Shown here one piece after another: positions 22,834 to 35,274 of a stretch of 64,000 bases of DNA (the first letter of the stretch is position 1; each line of letters begins with the position of its first letter). Position numbers and translations under genes: made by a program. Source of the DNA: Setoptus koraiensis (lineage: Eukaryota > Animalia > Arthropoda); contig CM106586.1 in assembly GCA_048013815.1 (NCBI GenBank), positions 16,864,001 through 16,928,000 of the forward strand, written 5' to 3'. A model generated the notes under the pieces. It saw only the letters and a list, made by a program, of their open reading frames with translations. It ran no database searches and was not told where the DNA came from.

Positions 22834-25800
22834 TTAAATTGACGATTTGGAGGGCGTCGCGTCGAGCTGGCCCTCGCTGGCGGCCTTCTTTTTCTTTTTG
22901 CCCGGCTTCAGTTTCTTGAGCAGCGCCTTGGGTCCAAATCTCTTTTTCGATTTGGTGCTGCTTATCTCGGACGGCGTCGGCGTCGGGCTGGCCGGCATGG
23001 CCGCGGGCCCCGGCGGACTCGACACAGCGCTAGATTGGCTGCCCAGCAGCAGCAGCCTGTTTGACAGGTCAGGCAGCGAGTTATCTCTGGATCTGAGCGG
23101 TCGGGTGGAGATTCGATCGGGTATCTCTATGTCGGTGTCTGGGTGCGCTTGCGGCGCTTGGGTTGTGTCGGCGGCGGCCGATCGCGCCGGTTCGCGCGCG
23201 CCCAAATTGTCGTCTGGCCGCACATTGGATTTATTTTCCGCCGCTGCTGGATTCATCATTCTAGACGATCCATCATGCGCTGCATTGGCGACGTCGTTTG
23301 TTTGCTCGTCGGGTCCGAATTGCTGGGGCCGCGCCGCCGATCGAGGCGACGGAGATTGTTGGGACGGCGCCGGCGGTTGAGGCGACGGAGATTGGTGCGA
23401 GCTGCTGCGCAGCACCTTGCAATTGATTTGATCTTCGTAATTTTTAACCTTATCGTAGCTGTTCACCCAGTCGGGGCCGCCCGCGGCCACGCGCAAATCA
23501 TTCATGAAAATGGGACTGCACAGGTATTTGACATAGTTGTATTGGAAGGCCAGATTCTTGAGTGCCCTATAGGTGACCCGCGAGCCGGGCTCCATGCTGG
23601 CGAAGAAGCGGGCCCCGTTGTGTCCGTCGTGCAAGAACGGGCTTGCGTTTCCGTTGGCCGCTATGCGCAGCAGCCTTTGCATCATTTGCGCCTTGCACAG
23701 GCGCGAGCCGGCGGGGGCCAGCTTTTTTCGCACGAGCGGGCAGGCAGAATTCAATTTAAACATATCATCGTATTATTATTATCATATTCACAGTGTTTTG
23801 GCGATATTGTCACGATATTATCACGATATTTTCACGATATTTTCACGATATTATCACGATATTTTCACGATCATTATCACGATATTTTCACGATCATTAT
23901 CATCGTTGCGCCGTTACCATTATTGCGCCATCGTGGCGTACCTACCTGGTCTGAGATGTCGGTGGCGGTCGGCGGGTCGCAGTGCGCGCCGGCCCGCCGG
24001 TAGGGCGACTTGACGGTGCCGGTGCCGATGTGCAGCAGCTCGGCCGCCTGGTCGTCGAGGTAATCGTGATATGTCCAGTTGAGCGAATTGCGCCCGTCCT
24101 CGTCCACGTCCATCAAACTGTCCAGCGTTTCCGGCAGCGGGCTAATTGTTGATTGTTGCGACGCCCTGTTGGCGATGCTTTTGTACGCAGCCTGGCAGTC
24201 GTCGCGCCACAACAGCAACTTGGGGCACGCCAGCCGGTACGGTTTGCCCGCGTGGGCGGACAGGCCCGATTTGAGGCAGTTCGACTGGAGCGTCTTGAGG
24301 CGCTTCAGGTCGTCCACGCGGCCCAGCAGAATGTGGTCCAGGTACACGGGCTCGACCAGCATGCCCAGCAGGGAGCCCTGGCGTTCGGGCCGGTCGAGGC
24401 GATTCGGGCGACAGCGGCGGGCGATGAGAGCGGCGAGGGCGACGAGAGGGAGGAAATAGACGAGAGAGGGCGACTGATTAGACTATATAGCGCTATCAGC
24501 AGACATGCTATCAATTATCGATCGAGCGCCGATACAAACCTGCAGTCCGAGCACGTTCCACAGACAGATCTTGTGGTCGAGCGATTTGAGTCTCAGTATG
24601 GTGGTGTCCGCGTTGTCCGCCGGGCCCGGCTCGTCGGGCTCGTGCCGCGACACGCTGTCCGGGGTGGCGGAGGCCCGCGACGAGCACCGGCTCGACACAG
24701 ATCGGGTGAGCGTGGTGGGCGAGGCCTCTATCCGGTTGACATACATGGACAGACCGATGTTCCGTTTGATTTTGTATCCGGCGGGCTGGCGAAATTTGTG
24801 AGCTCGCTCGAGCAGGTACGCGTCGTGCGACAATACCCTACCCGAGGCACTGTTGTTGGCGTTGATGATGTCGATTTCTTTGTACAAATAACACAGAAGG
24901 GCCCGGCGAGCCATAGTGGCCGCCCGCGTGTCTATCATGGAGGCGACATTGAGATCGTCGGACAATTTTACGTTGCCCGTTTTGCTGGTGGCAAAACAAA
25001 TCAATCTGTTGTTGTTCTTGGGGTCCCCCCGGTCGTAAGCGATGATGATGGCGATGCTATCGAAGGCCAGCTGAGTGGCGCTTATGTCCAGCAGTGCCAT
25101 TTGATTGTTGAATATCTCGTCCAAGCGGCTGCAAATAAACTCGTGATCGTAGTTTATTTCGTCGGGCCACGCGGTTTTGTCGTCGTCCGTCGGGTCGTCG
25201 CCCTCGTTGCCGTTCCATGTTGCCGACCCGTCGTACACCGACGACATTCGCGACGATCGGCCGCCCAGCTGAGTTGACTGCACCGACACGCTGCCCAGCG
25301 ACGACATGAGCGAGCTCGTTGAGCCCGACAACGGACTGGCCAGTGCCCCGAACGACGGCGCCAGCGCGCTTTCCCGTGGCTGCCGCTGGGCCGCTGCGTC
25401 GCGGTTCTGCGTGGACGGGCGCGGCGGCTTGACGATCGCGGGCACTTGTTGAGTGGCGCTACTTCGCGCAACGGGATCCTCGCACTCGCTTATGCGGTCC
25501 AAATTGGTCTCTTTTATGGTGGGCGGCAGCAGCGGCAGCACGTCGTCCGCGAGCGGCTCGTTGGCCGGCTCGTCGGCGATGTTCGCGGTGCTCATGGAGG
25601 CCCGGTCTCCGCGGTCGTCCTCGGACGAGTCCGTCTCGACGTCGGGCACGGGCGTGTAGTCCAGGCGCGCGTACTGCTTGATGCGGTCCATGTCGTCGTC
25701 CTTCGAGAGGTCGGCCGCGTCAAAGTGGCCCCCTTCCAAGAAGCGGTCCAGCGCGACACTAGCGTCGCTGGTGGATTTTTCGGACACCGCGCTCGCCTTG

Positions 25801-26102
25801 CGCTCGCCAATTGTGTCTGCCGCGCCCGGCGAGTCCGCTTCGCCCGGCGTGTCCGCTTCGCCCGGCGTGTCCGGCGCGCCCGGCGCGTCCGCTGGCCGCT
25901 CGCCCGCGTCCGCCGGCCGGGCCCCGTTGGCCTGTTGTTTGGCTTGTTGTTCGTCCAGTTGTCCCCGTATGTCGCCTATCATGTCGTCGAAATTGGCCAC
26001 CTCTGTCAGTGTTTCGTTGCGCTTGTTGACCGCTGTTCGCAGGGTTCGCTTGTAGTTGGCGGGATTTTTGCAGCACGAGAAACACAACAACAATTGCAAC
26101 AT
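22834..26102 (-). CDS. ADAR/ADAD-family adenosine deaminase-domain protein, predicted catalytically inactive; 3 exons (26102-24540, 24377-23946, 23721-22834), ~960 aa
   Basis: Collinear A_deamin motifs: DTRAATMARRALLCYLY (=DCHAEIISRRSLLRFLY), GYKIKRNIGLSMYV (=GFRLKENVQFHLYI), SLDHKICLWNVLGLQ|GSLLGMLVEPVYLDHILLG (=[27 protein letters not shown]), SLNWT, SRLCK, YRALKxxxxxYNYVK and DWV. Phase-0 GT-AG introns at 24378-24539 and 23722-23945. The N-terminus is uncertain; an alternative 45-nt first exon 26169-26125 could splice to 26048. Confidence 0.85.
23802..23902. repeat. 11-bp tandem array in intron 2 of the ADAR-like gene
   Basis: Unit CGATATT(T/A)TCA, about 9 copies. Confidence 0.85.
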
Positions 26103-27139
26103 TTTGTCAGCCGATTCTGATTACCTGTGTCTGCATGAACGTGATTGACGGAGTGTCGCCACTGCACATTGATTATTTTTTGGGTATTTGGGTGATGCGC
26201 GAATAGTGAATCTGTGTGTGGTGATGACCAAGTTGATGGCACCTATCAAATGCAAATCTCATCGCTCGCTGGCCGCTGGACTTTACTTCGGGCCTGGCCA
26301 ATCAACGACGACGAGCCAATAAATCAGTATGTGTGTGTCCAACGTGGTGTGCGTAGTGTGTGTACACAAGTGACAAATGGCAAGCGATTTATTGTTGTTG
26401 TTGTTGTTGTTGCTGTTGTTGTTGTTGTGTGATCAACCAAACGGAGATGCACGATCGTCGAGTGGATGTGTGCCGATCATATCTAGCGCACTCACAATGC
26501 CGACATACTAGCAATGTTCAATTGGATTGTGTATCTGATTGACACAATGCACAATTGATACACGAATTGTGTCAAACGTGAGCTCGCTGCGAGGATTCTC
26601 CGCCGCGTCTATCTGTGGCTGGCATCTAGCGCTATCGCAATCGCGCTCGCTTGCCAATCAGATCGACGCATTGTTTTTCTGGCGAAAACAGGAAACTCCG
26701 ACGGCACGACAACAACAACACATACACTGCCAGTCACAGTGTGTGTTGGGTCAATTATCGTCTCAAATCGGTGGCGGCCATCGGACAGCCCCGGGCAGCG
26801 GGCACAGTTCACGGCTGGCCAGATCTTCATTATCATTATCACACGTCGTCGTCATTGTGACACATTCACACCGAATGATTCACCATGAAAACTATTGAAC
26901 TATTGAAAGTGACGAGAACTCGCCGGTAGCGACTTTTCAACACTTTGCAAGTGCATCAATTTCATTTGTGTCGCAACGTCGCTTTGGTCCGCTGACAGTG
27001 ATACCCGTCGTCGCATTATAACACCGCTGTATTTTGCAACTTATCTCACAGAAACGTATCGCCATATCTCACAGATATGTTATTGTATTTTATCTGACAC
27101 CATGTTACAGCATTGCGCCCCACTCCATTGGCGCTGCCA

Positions 27140-27220
27140 CATTGTCAACATTGGCAACATTGGCAACATCGGCAACATCGGCGACATTGGCAACATCGGC
27201 GACATTGGCGACATTGGCAA
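27140..27220. repeat. 9-bp tandem array
   Basis: Unit CAT(T/C)GGC(A/G)A, about 9 copies. Confidence 0.8.
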
Positions 27221-29127
27221 GATTAGATTAGATTGCGTCCATTAATAGAGCTACTAACTAGTTGTCGACTATGGTGCCTTCATCGCCATTGTTCGCTCGA
27301 TAATTGAGACGGCGCCGCAATAATTGCAACAATGCGCGCTGATGAGTCATACCTCTTGGGCTGACTTGAATTTGGTTTATCTTTTCATTCATTTCTTACT
27401 TCCGCAATCTTGATTTGACGGGCCGATTCGAGTCGTATCCAGGGCCTAATTTGAGTTTACTTCAGGCTCTCATTCGAGCTGTATCCAGGGTCTGAAAGTG
27501 AGCGCATGCAGAAAATAGAGCTGTCAGAAATAGAGCGGTCAGAAATAGAGAGAAATTCGCCACAAATACTGGCTCAATTGGATGAGCGCGAGATTTTTCG
27601 AGGCACCAAGCTGAGACATAATCGGCGAACCAGTCGCTCTCAGAAACATGGAGAAAATTGAGACGACTCCGGCGAGCTTGCGAGCGAACACAAGCACTCC
27701 CAAATCCATCCGGCGAAGATCGCACATCCCCGCTCGCTGGACCGGCTTTTGGGGCATGGGGCATGGGGCCCGTGCAAATGCCAAAATGCAATGTACACTC
27801 GCCAAAGCTGGCCTCATACCTGTCGACCTGTTTCGCCGAGCCAATCAATTTTGCGACAAACTCGTGCGCACATTTTGCAATAATTGAAAGGCACGGCCAG
27901 TTGCCGGTTCGGTTTCGGATATGTGCTCGAGATATATACCCGAGAGTTGTCAGCAGCGATCAACTGTGCAACGGTGTCGAAACAACCGGAAATGAGGCGG
28001 CTATCCATTGTGAATCAGTGGCCGATGCGCTAATAACGGCGTAGCACACTTGTATTAAACGATAAACGTCATTTGGACGGCTGGCCAGCAACCGATCCAG
28101 TTGCTCGCCAGCGCAACCTAGATTTTAGCGCACCTAGGGCCACTTAGGCATCGGATCAGCGCAAATTGTGCACCAAACAGACCGTATTATCTCCCGAGTG
28201 GATGGTCAGTTGCATATCAATTGATTTTGCCCACTGAAACAGTTCTGTGAATTGAAGTTTGCTTTGGGCGATGCCCGGATAGCCATAAACAATCAGTCTG
28301 CTGTTGAAATGAGTAAAATAATCTCGCCAAGGCGAAAGCGTTCGGCTGGACCGATAAAGTGGCGCCATCTTGCCATGCAGATCAGAGAGTTTTTCGGTCT
28401 ACGCGACCAATGTTGTTCACTCCGACAACTGTCGCCCCAACACGGTTTCAAACACGGATTTGGGTCGAGCTGTAAGTTTGTTGCAAATTGCAACCAATGG
28501 CGACAAGCTTTCATCATCTCATGCCATCCTTACAAAAACTAGCTGACTTCTTCGTTGCGATCAAGTATCCAAACAGACCTTGCCGACGCTTGTGATATCA
28601 AACTTCGCCAGGCACCGGCTGATCGATGTATGGCAGCCACAACGCCGCAAGCACCAAACTGCGATTTTTTTTTTCTAATATTTCAAGAACCGTATGTCAG
28701 ATGGCGCGGAAATTTTGGAGGTGAGTAGAGGCCCCCAAAGATAAACAAAAATAAACGAAAAAAAACGTTTTGATCAGATGGGTCTTCACGCCTTCGACTG
28801 ATTTGTACACGATAATGAGAATTAGATTGAGACACTAGAATGTTGACAGCAACAAACACACTGAAAGACTGACCGTAGTGAAATGTAGTCCAAACGACAG
28901 TTATCGAACGAATCACAAGTAGAGATAAATAATTTTCATGCTCGTTCTGGCATCATACATTTGACAAATTAAACTCACCTGTCAGCGGGCCCACTCAACA
29001 AATGTGTATTGAAGTATTCAGTCATAGTTGAAATTCACAACGATGTGTTGTTGTTCACTTTAATTTGTTCTAAAATGTCTTAATAACAAAAAACTACATT
29101 TGTTATTGATCCAATCGTGATGAAAAA

Positions 29128-31357
29128 TCACCAGACTGAACATTCCAGTGAAGGATCCATCGCCGGGCAGTTGTATGCCGCTCTAAATTCGGGAACACTA
29201 GATAGGGCTACGTTGACTCGGAATCTAGCTGGACTATGTGTGTCGTCCATGATCTGTTGCTTCAGATAAGAGGCCGAATATTCGCCACACCATGAATTAC
29301 CTGCCGATAACCAGAAAAGCTGGTCGACAGTATATTTCAACCCTGGCAATAAGGGTTCGTCGCCGTAGTCTTTCCTCCACATATTGTATGCAATATAAGC
29401 GGTCTTGTAACCGCCGTAGTCTGCAACGTTTTCTCGCGAAGTTTTTTCGCCGTCTAATCTTAATTTCGCTGTTGGGTCAGTCTGGTTGCTGTACCGATCC
29501 ACAATACATTTTTCACGTCGCTTAAATTCATTACGAGCATTAGTTGTTCCAAAACCGCCAAAAAGGTGATCTTCTGAATCGAATCCATGCGTAATCTCAT
29601 GGCCTAAAATACTACCTATGAGACCGAAATTGATGTAGTTCGGTCGAGATTTCACATAAACCGGGGCTTTAATTGTTATTGCCGGCATATAAATCGCTTC
29701 GTTGAGAATATATTTCTCACCGAAATCTTCCTCAGAAAAATAGGAAGGATTGTAGAAGGGAGATGGTCGAAGTACTGCTACAAGCCCATCAAACTTAGAC
29801 TTCAATAAATATTGGTAGAGCCCACTCCGGGTCAGATTCGTCAGGGTTTCGTTATTTTTAAAAAAATCGTTTTCGTCGATTACCAAACCTTTGTACATCT
29901 GTTCCAATAAACGATCATTCAATAAATTTTTCGGGTACCCAATCTCACTTTTCATCCTTTGTGCCCTTGTAAGAGCCGAATCTTTCGTCTCCGAGTCTAT
30001 CCATGTAGTCCTGTCCAGCAACTGTGTGAACCCTTTCTGTATATAATGCATCATTTGCTCAACGGGTTTTTTAGATTCCTCATTGAACACTCTTCTGACA
30101 TATAATGATGACAGGGGTGCTGGAAAATATCGTCGAACCAGCAGTAGACAAACTTCCCATCCTGGAGATACTGGGCTGGAGTCCGCATCAGGATAGTCTG
30201 TGAGAATTCATGTTCGAATGCAGATAGATTGAAATGCTCAGATTATCGGTATGAAATTTGCCCAATTAATCAGTACAAGAACTTGACAATTTAGATAAAA
30301 TATCTATCTATGACTAAGGTATACTGCGGTTAGCTCACCTTGTATTGTCATGTTTAGGTTATCTGATAAAAATGATGAGGTGCCGTCAACCTGTTAATTA
30401 TTACATGATTGAACGAGATAACAATTCAACGTTAGTGAGTGTTGCATTTTGATAGCAAATCAATTTATACCAGCCAGCTCTTGACCAATCAATTTTACAT
30501 GATCATCGCAGTTTATTCCATCTCTAATGGAAAGTTTTCACGATGCTTACTTGAGTTTGGAGATCAGTGTCAAAATAGTTGAATTGTGGGTAATCCTGTC
30601 CCAATCGGATGTTTTTGCTGGACGAAACTGTGTCAGCAAAAACAGACAAATCTGAGGGATGGTAAAAAGAAAAAATGCTATTATTATCAAATACTGAATT
30701 TGTTATTGCACATGACAGGTAACTTGTATCTCTGACATGATTCATCATTATTTAGATTTACTTACCTAACTTCATACAGCTACGGTAAAAGCTGATCATC
30801 TTCGCGAACACTGGCCGATTCAATCCTATAGAACTATCCTCCATGGCGTCTCTCAACTTAATCCATTCAGCATTGTAACTAATTGAAAACTGATCAATAT
30901 CATTTTTATCCTGTAATAGGTCTCTAGACTGTTTCCAATTCCCACAGGAAAACTAATAAAAAAACACAAGTCAGAATACGATATTACCACAGCAAGAATG
31001 AATGAATGAAACTATTATTTGGAAACTGACCTGGTAAAAGTCCTCGCAAGGGTTCGCAGTTTCGTTCATATTATTCAAGAGTTCGGCAGCTAAATGATCG
31101 AAGCGAGATAAAAGTTTCAAATTGTTGGTTGTAAGAATAAGTTATTGATTATGAGTTCTTGAATTGAAATAACATTCCTAAAGGAGGACATACTCACCCG
31201 CCTTGACGCATCCGGGTGTCATGCAAACATTGGGGGACTCTTTGCCTTTAGTTTGCGATGGTTTATAACCAATGGATTCAAATGGTGAGGCTGACACTGA
31301 ATGGATCAACTGCACCGAGAAATAAAAAGTGCTGATCAGCACGATTGCAATCTTCAT
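29128..31357 (-). CDS. Secreted M13 (neprilysin-like) metallopeptidase, 6 exons (31357-31198, 31089-31031, 30952-30766, 30651-30551, 30390-30339, 30197-29128), 542 aa
   Basis: Signal peptide MKIAIVLISTFYFSVQLIHSVSA, then VCMTPGCVKAA, NPCEDFYQFSCGNW, FYRSCM, WEVC, HEITHGFD (HExxH), ENVADYGG, THSPARFRV and YNCP. All five introns are GT-AG with matching phases; the exons total 1629 nt in frame. Confidence 0.88.
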
Positions 31358-34300
31358 GTTCGGTTTTTTGACGATTTTGTGGCTGTAACTTGATTGGTAA
31401 ATTGAATATACTGATAATTAATTAACTTCAATATCCACTATAAATTTTATTTGAACAATTACCATGGGTTCGAATGGATAAAAACAGATATACTTTGACT
31501 GTGATGTCTCTTCTGAGGATCATACTCACCAGTCGACCCTATTTATATCAATTGTTCCAAGACACATCTCAATAGTTGTTGTTCGAGCCATCATCTTAAA
31601 ACTTTCAATCTGTTGCTTGCAAGAATTGTCAATCAGTCGAGAAAAATTATCATGGCAGCTTATCCTTACCTGGCCAGCGGCCACACAACCCGCTTGTCAT
31701 ATTTGATTACTAAATGATTATTCCATAACAATCGTCATATCCTGTCTTTGCTATACCCACTGATGGGTAGCAGGCAATGAGAAAGAGATTGGCATAAGAA
31801 AACTATGACAAAAACGGCCTCACTGAAACACTGACATCAAATAGTGAAATGCAATCAAAACAATAGTTATCGGGCAAATCACTAATAACTTTAATTATCT
31901 ACCTTGTTCTAATATCGAACATTTGACGAATTGAAGTTTTCACTATCTGAGGTCTGATAGGAAACACTTTCAGAGAGCAGAACTATTCTAACAAAACTAA
32001 CAAACACATGTCTCGACGTGCAACAGCATTACAGAGTTCAATGAATATCTTCTATTGCAAGGCATTGAAATGATTCAAGCTTTGTTGGACCACCTATCTT
32101 AATGCACGAGTCATTGATGTCGTTGAATTGAATTGTTTAAAATTGTAACAAGTATATGATGATTGCTATTCAATGTTATCACTCGCTTAAGAAGTAAAAA
32201 ACACAAGAGCATCATTGAACAATTAGCAACAAGCGTATTTGATATTTTTATTCTTAGATTGCTATTTGCTTTCGCATTCGACTCTATCAATTCCTGTAGT
32301 TGAATCGATTTGAGGTAACGACCGTAAGATATTTCCTCATCAATCTATCATTGAGCATAGGCATCAAACCATGTTACGTGATTACTATAACTCCGGCAGT
32401 AGTTAAGTCGTGCTTCCTCTAGTCATTGTTGTTAAGCCATTTCATCGTACTATATGAATTGTCTCGACACGAAACCAAAGAATAACTTGGAACAGGGACA
32501 ATCAGCAAAGACGAGATGAAAAATACAAAGGGCATTTCTCACAGGACGTCCTATCAATATACAGTATATATAACTGTTTAATATAAATGGACAGATTAAC
32601 ATGCTCTATATGACATGACCAACGGAAATGGATCTCGAGAAAGAAATCGAACAATCGGATGGAGGTCTCTGCCCTGCTCCAGACACTGATTGCAAATTCC
32701 CCCCTGAAATCGTTTGCTCTTTCCGGGGATCTTGCAAAATCCATGGAACCCGATGATAGCGAGCGAAGAGATGAGCGAGACACAATGCTTAGAGGCTTGC
32801 TTAAATTGTTGGAATGCCAGACTCTGCGATGCCGATATTTTCTGGTATACTACGTCTCGTGCACTTAATTGTATTTTTCATTTGTTACGATGATGACAGC
32901 TCACAAATCGCGTGCCCACAGGTGCAATACTAACATTCGGACTTAATATGCAGACTGGACAGCGTTTCTAAGACGCAGTATGAAACGAGAGAGCAGTCGG
33001 AAAGGCGAAAATTCAGCGGACAAAAGATGAGGACAGATAAGTCCAGACCTGAGTATGATTAAAAGTATGATAGCGGACGGCAAAATTCGTTCAGAGACGT
33101 GCAAGATTTGGTGTTCGCGAGAAGGAAATAGAATTGAAAGATAAGGTGCGATTAGTTTATTTGCTAAAAAAAATGACCTGTTACTTTACACCAAGAGAGA
33201 TTATCAGAAACATTTCAGTGTCACAGATCTGTCGCAAGTGTGTTCGTATACTCATGATGAATCATAGACAAACATCAGCTATGTTTGCACCACGGGGAGT
33301 TTCATCATCTCAGGTCACCAAAATAGACCAAAGTTTGAAAGAATTGAAAATGCGAAAAGAAAACAATGCTCTTTGATTGCTATCGATTCTTACTGCCGTT
33401 CTCGGCGATTGCCGAAAACCTTAGATTAGTCTTGTTGCTTGTGTCCAAAGTGAGTACTCCGGTCAATTTGACTCTTTGATTGCGCGAATTCTCGCTTGTT
33501 TTCGAGGGTCCGGGGTCCGACACGATGGTCGGACATCACGGTTGCCCAACTTGGAAAGTACGGTTCTTCGATCTATGAATATTGAACAAGTGACCTGCGA
33601 ATGATCCCATCAAACCCCCAACTAAACGAGCAACCTTTTTGAGAAGAATTTTTTGATCGGCCGAGCGTGCCTTTGTCCGGCCGGAAATGAACTTGTGTTT
33701 CTGATTCTTTTCGAACAAGAGCTGTACTTTGTTGCACGTTTAGTGTCGACGAAGGTGTCGGTGCTCGATTCTCAAGACATATTTGGATAGCTGCGGCTAT
33801 TGGGGATGGCTAGAGAATGACAGACCTGAACATGTCCCAACTAATAAGCTATTTTGTTATAATGTCATTTGAAATAACATTAAATTGCTGGCGAAATATA
33901 AGTCTGGAGGCTGTTGCGAGAGGCTGTGTCGCGAAAGTCTGGCAAGGTGGCGCCACCTTGGCGAGCGAATCGGAACAACTGTGAGTTGATGATGGAAAGA
34001 GGTTTCGCGTTACATGTTGTATATTGCGCCGCCATGTGCTCACATATATTGTTTTGTGCGTGTGTGCCCTGTGATAATGCAGCCATAAAGTTTGTAGAAC
34101 ATTGGCACAAGATTGGTCTGTGCCTCGACAAATCGTGTGCGTGCCGTTTGGTGCGTTTCACACACTGCTCACACACACACACACACACACACAGTTGGTT
34201 GGGCTTGGGTGAAGTGTGTGTGCAAAGGCTGTAGTTGTTGTTGTTGTTGTTGTTGTGCGTGCGCCTCATGTTGTTGAGTGCGCGAGAAGAGCCTAACTAG

Positions 34301-34742
34301 CAGACAAACGAGCGGACACATTCTAATGCAATGATATGGCGCTTGTACTATTAATGAGATTGCGATGATAATTTTTGCAAACACAAACATAAACAACACA
34401 CACACACACACGATATAAACAAACCGTGTCTACTGTAATAACTAATATTAACAGCAATACATATGTACTGGTGGTCTTTGTTGTTCGTCAACAACAACAG
34501 CAGCAACAACAACGGCGGCAGCAACAACAACGGCAGCAACAGCAACAACAACAACGGCAACAACAACAAACACTGGCAGCAGCAACGCTGGACGACTAGC
34601 TCGAAGCTCACGGCTCCAGCGCTCGTTTGGGATATATCAGATGCACCGAGAGAGCCAACTCGATAGAATTAATATTGTTAATTGATAATATAAATTTCTC
34701 CGTGTCGACTGATAGATAAATTTTGTAAAATTGTTTCCACAG

Positions 34743-34782
34743 CGCACACATACACACACACACTCACACACACACACACACA

Positions 34783-34837
<55 letters not shown>

Positions 34838-34841
34838 ACAC
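34743..34841. repeat. Interrupted (CA)n microsatellite
   Basis: About 100-bp CA run with a few T interruptions. Confidence 0.95.
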
Positions 34842-35274
34842 AAGTGCTAGTAACGAGAGCGGCGGTATTGTTATTATTATCAACTCATTTTAGCTGACTA
34901 CAATTACTGTTATCTCCACACACCACAACCATCTTGGTACACTAGAGTCTAGACGGGCAAATAAAACACAAATATATTTATATTATATATTATATATTTG
35001 CATTATCTACCATTCGATCGCCAGCAGCATTCGCCTATCGAGTGTGCAATCGCCCACAACAATAACCATACGTCTGCAACAACGGCGACAAGAAACAATA
35101 TCATCGTCAACACGATTCACGCATTCAGGGAAGTGGTCCAAGTTTGAGCAAAAGCAGTAACTGTTTGCCACAACATTATCGTACACACGTATCATTATTA
35201 TTACTATTTCACGCAACACTCACAACAATACTACATTTGCTGACTTACTCATCTGAGCTCTGCTGCAACATACG

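Noticed and set aside
24153-25277. 374-aa plus-strand ORF and other long antisense ORFs over TRPN and the ADAR-like gene
   Set aside because: These are shadow frames expected from GC3-rich codon usage on the opposite strand.
32500-33720. Degraded gene or transposon remnant
   Set aside because: Frames are interrupted by stops and show no identifiable domain; tBLASTx or RepeatMasker would be needed.
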